Of a DNA stretch of 49,332 nt, positions 1 to 9,908 are shown piece after piece (position 1 is the stretch's first letter; each line of letters begins with the position of its first letter). The position numbers were made by a program, and so were the translations under genes. Below the pieces are notes generated by a model that did no database searches, was not told the DNA's origin, and saw only the letters and a program-made list of their open reading frames with translations. Location of the stretch: positions 1 to 49,332 of the forward strand of contig SHVV01000003.1 in the NCBI GenBank assembly GCA_009694095.1. The letters are read 5' to 3'. This stretch comes from Alphaproteobacteria bacterium. Lineage in GTDB: Bacteria > Pseudomonadota > Alphaproteobacteria > SHVV01.

Positions 1-357
1 ATGGCCGGCGAAACCGAGGAGGGCTTGCAGAAGAAGCAGGTGCCTTACGTCGTCGGGCGCGCGCGCTACGCCGCCAACGCCCGCGGCCAGATCATCGGCG
101 ACGAAGACGGTTTCCTGAAGCTCCTGTTCGACGCCGAGACCATGAAGCTCCTCGGCGTCCACGTCATCGGCGAATCGGCGGCCGAGATCGTGCACGTCGG
201 CCTGACGGCGCTGATGGTTGGCGCCGGCGCCGAGCTTTTCATCAACACCTGCTACAACTATCCGACGCTCACCGAGGTTTACAAATACGCCGCCTACGAC
301 GCGATGGGCGCGCAGCAACGCCTGTCCTTACTGAAAACTCCATCCGCGTTCGCATGA
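1..357 (+). CDS. sthA: Soluble pyridine nucleotide transhydrogenase, C-terminal dimerisation domain (5'-truncated by window edge)
   Basis: GETEE..PYVVGRARY..ARGQIIGDEDGFLKLLF..LLGVHVIGE.AAEIVHVG..NTCYNYPTLTEVYKYAA matches the SthA/UdhA C-terminus (NYPT where other disulfide reductases have HPT). Confidence 0.85.
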   Translation: MAGETEEGLQKKQVPYVVGRARYAANARGQIIGDEDGFLKLLFDAETMKLLGVHVIGESAAEIVHVGLTALMVGAGAELFINTCYNYPTLTEVYKYAAYDAMGAQQRLSLLKTPSAFA

Positions 358-375
358 AAGGCCCATGCCTGGCAT

Positions 376-1182
376 GGCATTGTCACGGCGTTTGCGACTT
401 GCGGTTCCTGTGGCGGGTCGGTAGCCAAGGGGATGAAAAAAACAGCTACAGCAGCTATCGGTTTCCGCCTGGGATAGTCCATCGGGCGATTTGGCTCTAC
501 CTCCGGTTTACTTTGAGCCTCCGCGATGTCGAAGACCTGTTGTCGGAACGCGGCATCGGGCTGTCCTATGAGAGCATTCGGCGCTGGGTGAACCATTTCG
601 GGTCGCTGATTGCGGCCGACTTGCGCCAGCGCCGGCCCAAGCCCCACACGACCTGGCATCTGGATGAAGTCTATCTCAAGATTGATGGCCGCATGGTCTA
701 CTTGTGGCGTGCCGTCGACGCCGAAGGCGAGGTCCTTGATGTGCTGGTCCAGGCGAAACGGAACAAGCAGGCCGCGCTAAAATTGATGCGCAAGCTTCTG
801 AAGAAATTCGGCTTCGTTCCCCAAGTGTTGGTCACCGATCACTTGCCGTCGTATCACGCCGCTGCCCGCGGTCTCGGGATAGAAAAGCGCCATGAGCGTG
901 GTCGATGGCAAAACAACCGCGCCGAGAACTCGCATCAACCGACCCGACGACGGGAACGCAAGATGCAGGGTTTCAAAAGCCGCGGATCAGCCCAGCGATT
1001 TCTCTCGACCCACGCCGCCGTCTACAACACCTTCAACGTCGAGCGCCATCTGACCTCAGCCTCGACGCACCGAACCTTCCGTGCGGCGGCCATGGCCACG
1101 TGGCGCGAGGTCACCGCCGCGGCTTGAGCCAAACGGAGTTAATGGTTTTTCTGCGACCGCTATTCCTCAACGTGACAATCCC
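376..1182 (+). mobile_element. IS6-family insertion sequence (807 bp)
   Basis: Terminal inverted repeats GGCATTGTCACG (376-387) and CGTGACAATCCC (1171-1182), 11/12 match; encloses a DDE transposase; size typical of IS6. Confidence 0.92.
433..1127 (+). CDS. IS6-family DDE transposase; likely start ATG433 is out of frame with the body (possible 1-nt deletion)
   Basis: YRFPP..AIWLYLRFTLSLRDVEDLLSERG..WHLDEVYLKIDGRMVYLWRAVDAEGEVLD..VTD..NNRAENSHQPTRRRER is the IS6 signature; ATG-AAA-AAA-AC-AGC-TAC at 433 needs one extra base to read MKKxSY. Confidence 0.85.
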
Positions 1183-1241
1183 CTTGGCTTGACGCCTCGG
1201 CCGAGCCTCGAATCGGACGCGCGGGGCTCGCAGTATTGGCT

Positions 1242-1979
1242 TTAGCGCGCCGCGCCGAGGCCGATGAGCGCGTCGAGCCGAGTCGGGTCGTCGCGAAGAG
1301 CGATGCTCGGGCCGTCGTAGACTATTCGACCGCGATCCATCACCAGGGTGCGGAACGAGAGGTCGAGCGCCAAGCGGATGTTTTGCTCGACGAGAACGAT
1401 CGCCAGGCGCTCTTCGTCGCGCAACCCTTCGATCGCCCGCACGAGTGCTTCGACGACCACCGGCGCCAGTCCCTCGCTTGGCTCGTCCAGCAGAAGGACG
1501 CGCGGGTTGCCCATGAGCGCCCGTCCGATCGATAGCATCTGCTGCTCGCCGCCCGAGATCTGATTGCCGCGATTTCCAGCCCGAGCGCTGAGCTGCGGAA
1601 AGGCTCCAAAAACGCGCTCCGCCGTCCACCGGCCCGGCCGCGCCGCCACCAACAGATTTTCGAGCACCGTGAGCGACGGGAAAATCTCACGCTCCTGCGG
1701 CACGTAGCCCAGCCCGGCGCGGGCGCGACGGTGGCTTTCTAGGCGCGAGGCGACCAACGGGCCGATCCGAATCTCGCCCCGATGCATCGTCGTATGCCCC
1801 ATGATCGTCGCAAGTAGCGTCGTCTTGCCGACGCCGTTGCGACCAATCACGCTCACGCTTTCGCCCTCGTTAAGCGCGAAATCGATATCTTCGAGCACGA
1901 CCGTCTCACCATAGCCCGCGGCTACGCCCGCCAGGCGTAATAGTCGCTCGGCGCCGGCCCGTCCCGCGGGCCCGGTCAT
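1242..1979 (-). CDS. Branched-chain-amino-acid-type ABC transporter ATP-binding protein (LivF-like)
   Basis: Walker A GRNGVGKTT, YVPQEREIF, ISGGEQQM, LLLDEPSEGLAP; start moved to ATG at 1979, overlapping the upstream stop. Confidence 0.92.
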   Translation of the reverse strand: MTGPAGRAGAERLLRLAGVAAGYGETVVLEDIDFALNEGESVSVIGRNGVGKTTLLATIMGHTTMHRGEIRIGPLVASRLESHRRARAGLGYVPQEREIFPSLTVLENLLVAARPGRWTAERVFGAFPQLSARAGNRGNQISGGEQQMLSIGRALMGNPRVLLLDEPSEGLAPVVVEALVRAIEGLRDEERLAIVLVEQNIRLALDLSFRTLVMDRGRIVYDGPSIALRDDPTRLDALIGLGAAR

Positions 1980-2752
1980 CGCGGCGCGCCCTGCGATAGG
2001 AACGCTTCGCCGAGATAAGCAGCCCGCACGCTCGAATCGGCGGCGATCTCCTCGGCGGTTCCTTCGGTCAATATCTGGCCGCGGACCAGCACCGTGATCC
2101 GGCGCGCGAAACGGAATACGACGCCCATGTCGTGATCGATGATGAGCACGGCGATCGCCGCCGGCAAGGCGTCGAGCGCAGCAAGGATCACGTGGCTCTC
2201 GGCGGAGGGAATTCCGGCCGCTGGCTCGTCGAGCAGCAAGACCGACGGGCGCTGCGCCAGCGCGATAGCGATCTCGACCAAACGTTGTCGGCCGTAGGCG
2301 AGCGCTCGGATTGGCGTCGCCGCATCGCCAGTAAGATTGAGTGAAGCGAGTAGCACCATCGCCTCGTCGACGATCGCAGGAAACGAGGCCAACCCGCGCC
2401 ATAGCACCCGCGCCACGCCATCGCGCTCAGAGATCGAGAGTCCGACGTTTTCCAAGACCGTCAGGTTGCGAAACAACTGACTGATCTGAAACGTCCGGGC
2501 AATGCCGGTTTTTCCCCCCGCTTGCGACAGGCGGGTAATGTCGCGGCCGTGCAGGAAGATCGTTCCGCTCGTCGGCGCGAGCGAACCCGACACCAGATTG
2601 ACGAACGTCGTCTTGCCGGCGCCGTTAGGACCGATCAGCGCCTGGCGCGCGCCGGGCGCCAACGCGAACGTCATACCGCGTATGACCTCGAGACCGCCGA
2701 AGCGCTTGTGCAGATCGCGCACCTCCAGCGCCGGCTGAAACGCAATAGTCAC
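1976..2752 (-). CDS. ABC transporter ATP-binding protein (LivG-like)
   Basis: GPNGAGKTT, GIARTFQ, LAYGRQRLVEIA, LLLDEPAAG, C-terminal VRAAYLG; GTG start at 2752. Confidence 0.92.
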   Translation of the reverse strand: MTIAFQPALEVRDLHKRFGGLEVIRGMTFALAPGARQALIGPNGAGKTTFVNLVSGSLAPTSGTIFLHGRDITRLSQAGGKTGIARTFQISQLFRNLTVLENVGLSISERDGVARVLWRGLASFPAIVDEAMVLLASLNLTGDAATPIRALAYGRQRLVEIAIALAQRPSVLLLDEPAAGIPSAESHVILAALDALPAAIAVLIIDHDMGVVFRFARRITVLVRGQILTEGTAEEIAADSSVRAAYLGEAFLSQGAPR

Positions 2753-3756
2753 GAGCGCCGCTTTCCCAGACGCGCGATGTCCTCGGCAACGCCGAATAAA
2801 CCGCGCCGAGCGAACATCACGGTCGCAACCAGCACGAGACCGACGCCGAACTCCCAAAACTCGGGGCTCAGCTTGGCGAGTTGGTCCTCGAGAATCACGT
2901 AGATCGTCGCGCCGATGAAGGCGCCGTAGAGCCGGCCGGCGCCACCCAAGATGACGGCGATGAGAACAGCTCCGGAGAGTTGAAAGCCCATCACCTGCAG
3001 GGTGACAAACGCGTGCATCTGGGCAAAGAGGCCGCCAGCAATACCGGCAATTGCGGCAGCGATGGTATAGACCGCGACAAGCCGGCCATGCACCGGCGCT
3101 CCGATGGCGTTCATGCGCTGAACGTTCTCGCGAATACCGACCAGCGACTGGCCGAACGGCGAGGTCACGATGCGACGGACGACGAGAAAGAGCACGAACA
3201 ACACGCACAACCCATAGACGTAATAATTTTGTCGAAAGAGGTCGTTATCGAAGCGCCCAAGCAGCGGATCGATGGCGATGCCGAGAAGGCCGTCGAATCC
3301 GCCGGTATAAAGCGCCAGCGTATTCGCAAGCTCCTGCAACAGAATGGCGGTTGCGAGCGTCAGCATGAGAAGCGTCAAGCCGCGGTAGCGAAGCAGGAAC
3401 CAGCCCGAGGCAAAGCCGACCAACCCCGCGACCGCGCCGGCGAACAAGAGCCCGGTGATCGGCTCGTTCCAGCCTCCGTGCGCCGATAGCATGCCAGCGG
3501 CGTAGGCGCCGGTGCCGAACAGCGCCGCGTGGCCGAGCGTGATGATTCCGGCGTAGCCGAGGACTAGATCGAGTGAAAGCGCGAAGATGATCATCACGAT
3601 CACCTGACAGCCGAGCGCTAGGTAGCCGGGAAACGTGAACAAGGCACCGACGAGCACAAGCCAGGGCAACGCTTCGGCCCAATCCCAGCCCTTTTGGCCG
3701 AGCGTCGGCGGTGCTTTCTCGCCTCCGGTCGCGGCGGCGCTAGTCCCGCTTGCCAT
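2749..3756 (-). CDS. ABC transporter permease (LivM-like)
   Basis: ALSLDLVLGYAGIITLGHAALFGTGAY, TGGFDGL, SPFGQSLVGIREN, ILGGAG; ATG at 3756. Confidence 0.9.
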   Translation of the reverse strand: MASGTSAAATGGEKAPPTLGQKGWDWAEALPWLVLVGALFTFPGYLALGCQVIVMIIFALSLDLVLGYAGIITLGHAALFGTGAYAAGMLSAHGGWNEPITGLLFAGAVAGLVGFASGWFLLRYRGLTLLMLTLATAILLQELANTLALYTGGFDGLLGIAIDPLLGRFDNDLFRQNYYVYGLCVLFVLFLVVRRIVTSPFGQSLVGIRENVQRMNAIGAPVHGRLVAVYTIAAAIAGIAGGLFAQMHAFVTLQVMGFQLSGAVLIAVILGGAGRLYGAFIGATIYVILEDQLAKLSPEFWEFGVGLVLVATVMFARRGLFGVAEDIARLGKRRS

Positions 3757-4606
3757 AGAGCCCCTCGGGTTTGGACAGCAGAACGGCCACCGTGACCGCG
3801 TAAATGAAAAACCCGCCGCCGGCCGGCCACACGTATTTGCCGGCGGTGTCGATAATTCCGAGCAGAAGCGCGGCGAGAAACGCGCCGCGGATGCTGCCGA
3901 GCCCGCCAACCGAAACGACGATCAGAAAAAGGACGAGGTTCTGGATTGCAAAGATCGGCCGCAGCCCGATCAACTCGACCGCGAGGCCGCCGCCGACGGC
4001 CGCGAGGCCGCTGCCGACTGCAAACGTCAACGTGAAGAGGCGACCGACGTTGATGCCGAGCGACTGCGCCATGCGGCGATTATCGACCGCAGCCCGGATG
4101 CGGGCGCCTAGGAGCGTGCGCTCGAACGTCAGCCAGAGCGCGAGGATCATGGCAAACCCAATGCCGATCATGAACAGCCGGTAGGTCGGAAACGAGCGAA
4201 ACCCGAGGTCGACCTGGCCGCGCAGATAGGGCGGTAGCTCGATACCGAGCGGGTTGGGACCCCAGACATACGTGAACGCGCCGATCGCCATGAACACGAA
4301 GCCGATCGTCATCAGCACCTGGTCCAGCTCGCTCCGCCGGTAGAGCGGCGCGTAGAGCAAACGTTCGAAGATGACGCTCGTCGCGCCGACGATGAGAAAC
4401 GCCATCGGCAACGCAGCGAGAAACGGCAACTCCCAAGCCCGCATCATCGTGACCGTCGCATAGCCGCCGGCGGCGGCAAAGACGCCGTGGGCCAGGTTGA
4501 CGAAATTCATCATCCCCATGGTGATCGAGAGCCCGACTGCGATGATGAACAGAATCATCGCGTAGGCGAGCCCGTCGAACAGGATGCTGACAGCCGCGCT
4601 GAGCAT
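3740..4606 (-). CDS. ABC transporter permease (LivH-like)
   Basis: AVGLSITMGMMNFVNLAHG, LGARIRAAVDNRRMAQSLGIN, VGGLGSIRGA. Confidence 0.92.
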   Translation of the reverse strand: MLSAAVSILFDGLAYAMILFIIAVGLSITMGMMNFVNLAHGVFAAAGGYATVTMMRAWELPFLAALPMAFLIVGATSVIFERLLYAPLYRRSELDQVLMTIGFVFMAIGAFTYVWGPNPLGIELPPYLRGQVDLGFRSFPTYRLFMIGIGFAMILALWLTFERTLLGARIRAAVDNRRMAQSLGINVGRLFTLTFAVGSGLAAVGGGLAVELIGLRPIFAIQNLVLFLIVVSVGGLGSIRGAFLAALLLGIIDTAGKYVWPAGGGFFIYAVTVAVLLSKPEGLYGKRD

Positions 4607-4676
4607 GTCCCGCTACCGAAAAACTGCCGCCACCGCGAGATCGACTGTGCGGCGGCTTCCGCTTAGTACGACGCGG

Positions 4677-5876
4677 CTATTGGCCGCACCGCCCGACCTT
4701 GAGTTCGATGCATTGATCTTTAACCTGGTCGACCTTGCTGATCACGCTCACCTTGAGACGCGCTCCGTCCTTGATAATTTTGTGGACGTACTCGTTCTGG
4801 ATGATGTCGCGTGTATCCGGGTTGATCATGATCGGGCCACGTGGGCTCGCGAACTTCCAGCCTTTGAGCGCATCCATCACTTTGTCGCCGTCCATGTTGC
4901 CGTCGAGCTTCTTGACGGCGTGCATGATCGCCGCCATCCCATCATAGCCCTGCACGCCCATGAAGTCGGGCGTCGAGTTGGCGCCGTAAGAATCTTTCCA
5001 GGCCTTCACGAACGCTTTGTTTTCAGGGGTGTCGTAGTCGGCCGAGTAGTGGTGGACCACGATGAGACCCACCGCGCCATCGCCCATTTCCTGAAGACTG
5101 CTGTCAGGCGTGATATCGCCGGGTCCTATCAATTCGATGCCCGCGGCGCGCATGCCCAGGTTGGCGTACGTTTTTACCACCGCGGTTGCGTGATTGCCGG
5201 ACGGCACGAACACGTAAAAAGCGTTGGGCTTGGCGTCTTTAACGCGCTGGAAATACGGCGTGAAATCCGGCACCTCGGCCGGCCCACCGATTGGCATTTG
5301 ATCGACGATCTTACCGCCCTTGCTTTCGAATCCGAGCCGGAATGCATCGGCGCTGTCTTTACCCGGCGGGTAATCAGTGACGCCGATGATCGCCGTTTTG
5401 TGACCCATCTTCTCGGCCGCGTACTCGCCCATGACATAGCCCGCCTGCCACATCGAAAAAGACACCCGAGCGATGTAGGGCGAGAGCTTCGGGATCCACG
5501 CCGTGCCGGCGTTCATGATGATCATCGGCACTTTACCCTGCGTCGCCAGCGGAGCGCTCGACATGGCATCGGGCGAGAAGACAAAGCCGGCCAGGACGTC
5601 GACCTTCTCGCGCGCGATCAGTTCAAGCACTGCGTTCTTGGCCTCGGCGCCATCCGGGCGCTTTGAGTCGCGCTTGACGATTTCGATCGTGTGCGGCGCG
5701 ATGTCCCTGACGTGCAGTCTCAGGTAAAGCTCATAACCGCGCTCGATTTGTTGGCCAAGTTCGGCGCCGTTGCCGGAAAAGGTGGCGACGATCCCAACCT
5801 TGACCGTCTTGGCTTCGGCACTCACAACCAATGCAAGGGCGAGGGTCGCAACCGCTACTAACGGACCAAACTGCAT
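4677..5876 (-). CDS. ABC transporter substrate-binding protein, Liv/aromatic-compound-binding family
   Basis: Signal peptide; VKVGIVATFSG, DYPPGKD, DFTPYFQR, ENKAFVKAW, FASPRGP..INPDTRDIIQN. Confidence 0.88.
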   Translation of the reverse strand: MQFGPLVAVATLALALVVSAEAKTVKVGIVATFSGNGAELGQQIERGYELYLRLHVRDIAPHTIEIVKRDSKRPDGAEAKNAVLELIAREKVDVLAGFVFSPDAMSSAPLATQGKVPMIIMNAGTAWIPKLSPYIARVSFSMWQAGYVMGEYAAEKMGHKTAIIGVTDYPPGKDSADAFRLGFESKGGKIVDQMPIGGPAEVPDFTPYFQRVKDAKPNAFYVFVPSGNHATAVVKTYANLGMRAAGIELIGPGDITPDSSLQEMGDGAVGLIVVHHYSADYDTPENKAFVKAWKDSYGANSTPDFMGVQGYDGMAAIMHAVKKLDGNMDGDKVMDALKGWKFASPRGPIMINPDTRDIIQNEYVHKIIKDGARLKVSVISKVDQVKDQCIELKVGRCGQ

Positions 5877-6150
5877 CGAAATTACTCCCTTGGTTCAGCC
5901 CGTCCCCTATTCGGTTCTATTTTTCCGCGGATGAACTGGTTGGTTTGCGTATTTTATCGCCGATTTCGCCACGACCGACCAGCGAAGTCCCGAAAGGCGC
6001 ACCGTTCGCTGCCGAAAAAGCACAGCCAATCATTGCAAGCCCTATTTCTTTGACCGATTCGCGTGCCTGGCGGGGTTGGAGAGGTGGTCACACGCATTCA
6101 GCTGGTCGAAGCCGGCAAGCGTCCTCAGCGAGGAACGAGAGCGGCCGAAT

Positions 6151-6912
6151 TTACCTAACGAAGGAATAGGTTGAAAGAGAAAAGCCAAAGACAATGATCA
6201 CTAGACGCAAGACATCGGACGGCAACCGGCGGGCCAACTCGCCGCCGTAGTATCCGCCAATTACCGCACTGGCCATCATCGCAAGGGCGCGGAGCCACGA
6301 CACCGTGCCAGCCGCAATATAAGTCACCACGCCGACCCCTGTGATAACCGTGACCAGGAGATTCTTTAGCCCCTTCAGCTCCTGCATATCCTTGACGCCG
6401 GTCATGGAAAGGATTGGCAGCAGCATCACACCCAGCCCACCGCCGAAAAAGTTGCCGTAAGCGGCGCAAATGAATAGGGCCGCGGAGACAAGAAGGAGTT
6501 TGCCGACAGAGGTCTTTGAGTCCACATCGGAGATCGCAAATCGCTTCGAGAGCGACTTGTCCAAAATCAGCAGCAAGGTGGCCAGAAGGATGAGCCAGGG
6601 CACCGCTGCCAGGAACCCGGCGTCGCTGGATCGCAGCAGGAGCCACGCGCCGGCAAGCCCTCCGAGAAGACTGACCGCCCCGGTCCAAAGCGCGCGTCGA
6701 AGTTGGCGGTCGAGTTCACGTCGATAACTGGCGATTGCCAACAAACGTCCCGGCCATATCGCAGTGGCGTTCGAGGTATTGGCGATAACAGCGGCTACCT
6801 CCGTCGACAGGAACGCGGGAAAAGTGATGAACGTGCCCCCGCTGGCGACCGCGTTGACCGCCGCGCCGACAAGTCCTGCCGCCAACAGAAGAACCATCTG
6901 CGCGCAATCCAC
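6151..6912 (-). CDS. Sulfite exporter TauE/SafE (TSUP) family membrane protein
   Basis: AGLVGAAVNAVASGGTFITFPA..ANTSN..YGNFFGGGLG..LKGLKN..GGYYGGELARRLP; multiple TM segments. Confidence 0.85.
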   Translation of the reverse strand: MDCAQMVLLLAAGLVGAAVNAVASGGTFITFPAFLSTEVAAVIANTSNATAIWPGRLLAIASYRRELDRQLRRALWTGAVSLLGGLAGAWLLLRSSDAGFLAAVPWLILLATLLLILDKSLSKRFAISDVDSKTSVGKLLLVSAALFICAAYGNFFGGGLGVMLLPILSMTGVKDMQELKGLKNLLVTVITGVGVVTYIAAGTVSWLRALAMMASAVIGGYYGGELARRLPSDVLRLVIIVFGFSLSTYSFVR

Positions 6913-7446
6913 GGTTCGCTCCCGCCCCCGCCCGACGTTTTGTTGGTATCGGAGTGTGGCCGTTGCTCAATCGGCCGCGAGCAGCTCTCGAAGGGCATCG
7001 ACTATTGGAGGGGCTTCGAGAACAGGGCCAACTTCCACCAAAACGAGACGTAAATTTTCGCTTCTGCTTGTTTCGCCAGACTCATAGTCAAGGTTCCTCG
7101 GTCTACCGGATCGCCGCCCAACTTTCGCCGAGCTCTTTCAATGCCTGGAGCGGTACGACCCGCGCCAAAGCATCGAGTGCATCGGGATCGCGGTTCAATC
7201 CACGTCGGAGGGGCGGGTACGCAAACTGTTTCAGCGCGTTCTACTACGCCAAGGTGAAGCCCAGAAATATCGCTCGCTAGGCAACAGGGCCAATCTCTTC
7301 AGTCAGCGCCGCCGAGGCCTACAATCGCACGATCATCCTCTCGTACGTGCTCCAACTGAAAAGGTTTGCGCGGCTCGGCGTCGACGCAGTTCGTGTAGTT
7401 CCATCAGAGATTCGCGTGCGGTGGGCTTGCCGCCGCAAGTTCGGCG

Positions 7447-8060
7447 CTAGATCGGCGGGACGAAGCCGTCTTTGCCGACGAGAGCGCGCGCGGCGGTCAA
7501 TGTTCTATCCGCGCTTTTCGTCGCGCTAAGGACGATGTTGGCGCCTTTGCGCACGAGATTGCGCGCCGCCGGGGGGAACTCACCGGGGTGACATCGGCCG
7601 GGATAGACACGCGCACCGAGCGATCGGCGAGTTTGAGCGTAATGCTGCGACCGTCCGCCGCATCGACCGAGGCGACGACCGTCGCATTGGTCATCGTGCC
7701 ATCGGGCACGACGTCCCAAGCCCGATGGCCTTCGCCAGTGCCGCGCATGCTCTCGGGGAATACGACGATTTGGACCGCTTTGACCGATCCATCGGCCAAA
7801 GGCTTCGCTCCGGCACCTACGAAATGACCCGGCGCTATCTCCTTGGGATCGAACGGCGCGACTTCCGTCACGCTGTAGTCCACGGCGAGCGCGATCGAAA
7901 CCTAGCGCCCGTCACGTGTCGTCAGCTTAAGCGTTGCACCCGCGATTTCATCGAAGGTACCGCGGAAGCGCTCACCTTGCGGCTGAGCCACTGCAGAGCT
8001 GGTAAAAAGAGAAACAACGGCGAAAGCGCGAGAAAACGGCTGCGCGACATCGGTGCACAC
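7447..8060 (-). pseudogene. Disrupted conserved exported protein (DUF5666-like tandem beta domains)
   Basis: Signal-like segment, then RFRGTFDEIAGATLKLTTRDGR, in-frame TAG at 7902-7904, continuing ..VVFPESMRGTGEGHRAWD..TMTNATV..; frameshift near 7570 into ..TLTAARALVGKDGFVPPI*; 5' end approximate. Confidence 0.75.
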
Positions 8061-8157
8061 CGACTGGGGCGGAGGTATTTTAGGCGACGCTGGCCAGGTT
8101 CGCTGTAACGGTGTTGTGATTGCTACGCCCCTCTCCTCGTCGCGGGGAGGGCTCCAT

Positions 8158-8187
8158 AAAAAAAGCCGCCCCAAAGGGCGGCTTTTT
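8158..8187. terminator. Rho-independent terminator downstream of the cold-shock gene (potentially bidirectional)
   Basis: AAAAAGCCGCCC-CAAA-GGGCGGCTTTTT perfect hairpin with A/T tracts on both sides. Confidence 0.9.
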
Positions 8188-8219
8188 GTCTTGCCTTGAG
8201 AACGCGACGGAAGCCTGAT

Positions 8220-8429
8220 CTAGGCGGCCGCGATGACGCCGACTTCGGTCTTGCCGGTGCGGCTGTCAGGCCGGGTGTCGAACGACACCTTTTGACCCTC
8301 GGCAAGGGTCTGCATGCCGGCCCGCTCAAGCGCCGTGGCGTGGACGAATACGTCCGGGCCACCGCCTTCAGGCTGGATGAAACCGAAACCGCGCTGCGTG
8401 TTGTAGAATTTGACGATACCTGTCTGCAC
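8220..8429 (-). CDS. Cold-shock protein (CspA family)
   Basis: [32 protein letters not shown] (RNP1/RNP2 motifs), 69 aa, GTG start. Confidence 0.95.
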   Translation of the reverse strand: MQTGIVKFYNTQRGFGFIQPEGGGPDVFVHATALERAGMQTLAEGQKVSFDTRPDSRTGKTEVGVIAAA

Positions 8430-8598
8430 TTCTTTGTCCTTCAGTCTCTTAGTTGTCTATGGGCATCCGGGCCCGTCGTGCGCCGTAACGCGACTCGGGT
8501 TCTCGGCTGTCGATGTTTGGTGAGGGTCTGAACGTGCGCTCCCCGTACTGAGCGGGGACGTAACGGCCCGATTGTCCGGCCAAATGTCGAAGGCACCA

Positions 8599-8626
8599 AT
8601 ATAGACCGATTCGGCGCCAAAGCAAG
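8599..8626 (-). promoter_or_regulatory. Candidate sigma70 promoter of the cold-shock gene, implying a 5'UTR of about 160 nt
   Basis: Minus strand CTTGCT-N16-CTATAT resembles the alphaproteobacterial CTTGAC-N17-CTATAT consensus; long leaders are typical of csp genes. Confidence 0.5.
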
Positions 8627-8641
8627 GACGATGCTGTCCAA

Positions 8642-8914
8642 CTACCCGGCCGCGCGTTTTTTCCGCTCCGCCTTCCTCTCCGCGCTCAACGCAACTTTTG
8701 ATTTGCGCTCGACGGCGGCCGCATCGCTGACGATTTTGTCGGCTGCTTCTTTCGCGACCCGAAGTGCACGTAGTCGCTGAGTCTTAGCGACCATGATGGT
8801 CCGGCTTTGCTCGACCTCGGTCACAGCGTGGGCCGCATCGCGCTTAACTTTGGCGCGCCAAACGTCGGCGCTCAAACGAGCCGCTTCATCCCGTTCTCGT
8901 TCCGGTTTGCGCAT
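8642..8914 (-). CDS. Small basic helical hypothetical protein
   Basis: RBS GAAGGAG before ATG8914; KTQRLRALRVAKEAA resembles a recurring alphaproteobacterial small-protein motif. Confidence 0.65.
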   Translation of the reverse strand: MRKPERERDEAARLSADVWRAKVKRDAAHAVTEVEQSRTIMVAKTQRLRALRVAKEAADKIVSDAAAVERKSKVALSAERKAERKKRAAG

Positions 8915-9064
8915 TTCGACTCCTTCTTTTCCAGGAAATTCGTCTACAACGCGGTACCCACGGGCCAACAAAGGTACGAGTATCACAGAGCGACACCCTT
9001 TCGTTCGAAACCTCTTCTCTCGGACTGCCCGAGTCAACCTTATTCGGCTCCGCGCGCTCGCCAC

Positions 9065-9586
9065 CTAAACGCCAGCAGCGTCGATCAGGACGCCGAGAAG
9101 AGTCACCGGTTCCCGGCCGCGATTGACCCACGCGTGATTGGTACCCTGCTGGATCACCACGTCGAACGGCCGCAGTCGGACCTCGCCTTCGTCGAGCAAC
9201 AAGGTGACTTCGCCGGACAACACCATGATGTAGTCGATGGTGTGTGTGCGATGCATGCGCGGGTTGCGCGAGGTGTCGATTTGAGCATCCGGAACACCGA
9301 GCTTGGCGAACATATCGCCGAAGAATTTACGCACCTGCTCGACCGGAACCGCTGGATCGTCCGGCGGCATGTCAAACACCAGGAACCGCGTACAGCCGCG
9401 GGGCGGGGGCAACCGGCCGACCAATCGGTCTGCTTGCGCCGGATCGCGCGGTTGCGCCGGCGCGGCGTCGGTCGTCCAAAATACCACCTGACCTGCGCTA
9501 TCCGGGGCAGGCGGCGCTTCATCCGAGAGAATGACCGATCGCCCGCGGGCATCGTGACCGGTCACGATTCGACGAGGTTTGAACAT
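9065..9586 (-). CDS. Cupin-domain protein
   Basis: RRIVTGHDARGRSVI..MHRTHTIDYIMVLSGEVTLLLDEGEVRLRPFDVVIQQGTNHAWVN. Confidence 0.9.
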   Translation of the reverse strand: MFKPRRIVTGHDARGRSVILSDEAPPAPDSAGQVVFWTTDAAPAQPRDPAQADRLVGRLPPPRGCTRFLVFDMPPDDPAVPVEQVRKFFGDMFAKLGVPDAQIDTSRNPRMHRTHTIDYIMVLSGEVTLLLDEGEVRLRPFDVVIQQGTNHAWVNRGREPVTLLGVLIDAAGV

Positions 9587-9908
9587 GGCCTGTTGCTCCG
9601 TCTCGGTTGCCTAAGTTTGATACCAGCGGCGCGAGGTGGGCAACCTTCCACCGAATAAAGGCACTATCTAGCGGTTGTCGGTGGGCCAAAGTTATGTGCA
9701 AGGATTAGAACACGCGGTCGATAACCTGTGTTGGATGTCACAGCGTGCGACGGACTTTCGTGACAGACTGTTATGTGCACGTGTTTGAACGAGCCGTGTC
9801 ACAACCTCCGATTTCATTCGGGCTAACCCTAAAGGGGAGTTGTATTCGAAACCGGTGCTTACTAACTATTCTCAATTAGTGACCGACGCACTTCAGGTAC
9901 AGGTAACA

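Noticed and set aside
1-357. Functional link between sthA (NADPH/NADH balance) and the redox operon
   Set aside because: Separated by an IS and about 14 kb of unrelated genes; no evidence of co-regulation
4584-5666. Long antisense ORFs (e.g. 4584-5666, 22282-23544, 25028-26332, 28259-29221)
   Set aside because: They mirror well-supported genes on the opposite strand, as expected from high-GC codon bias, and show no motifs
6954-7430. Intact gene on the plus strand
   Set aside because: Protein-like patches occur in shifting frames with stops, and no family is recognisable; treated as unassignable debris
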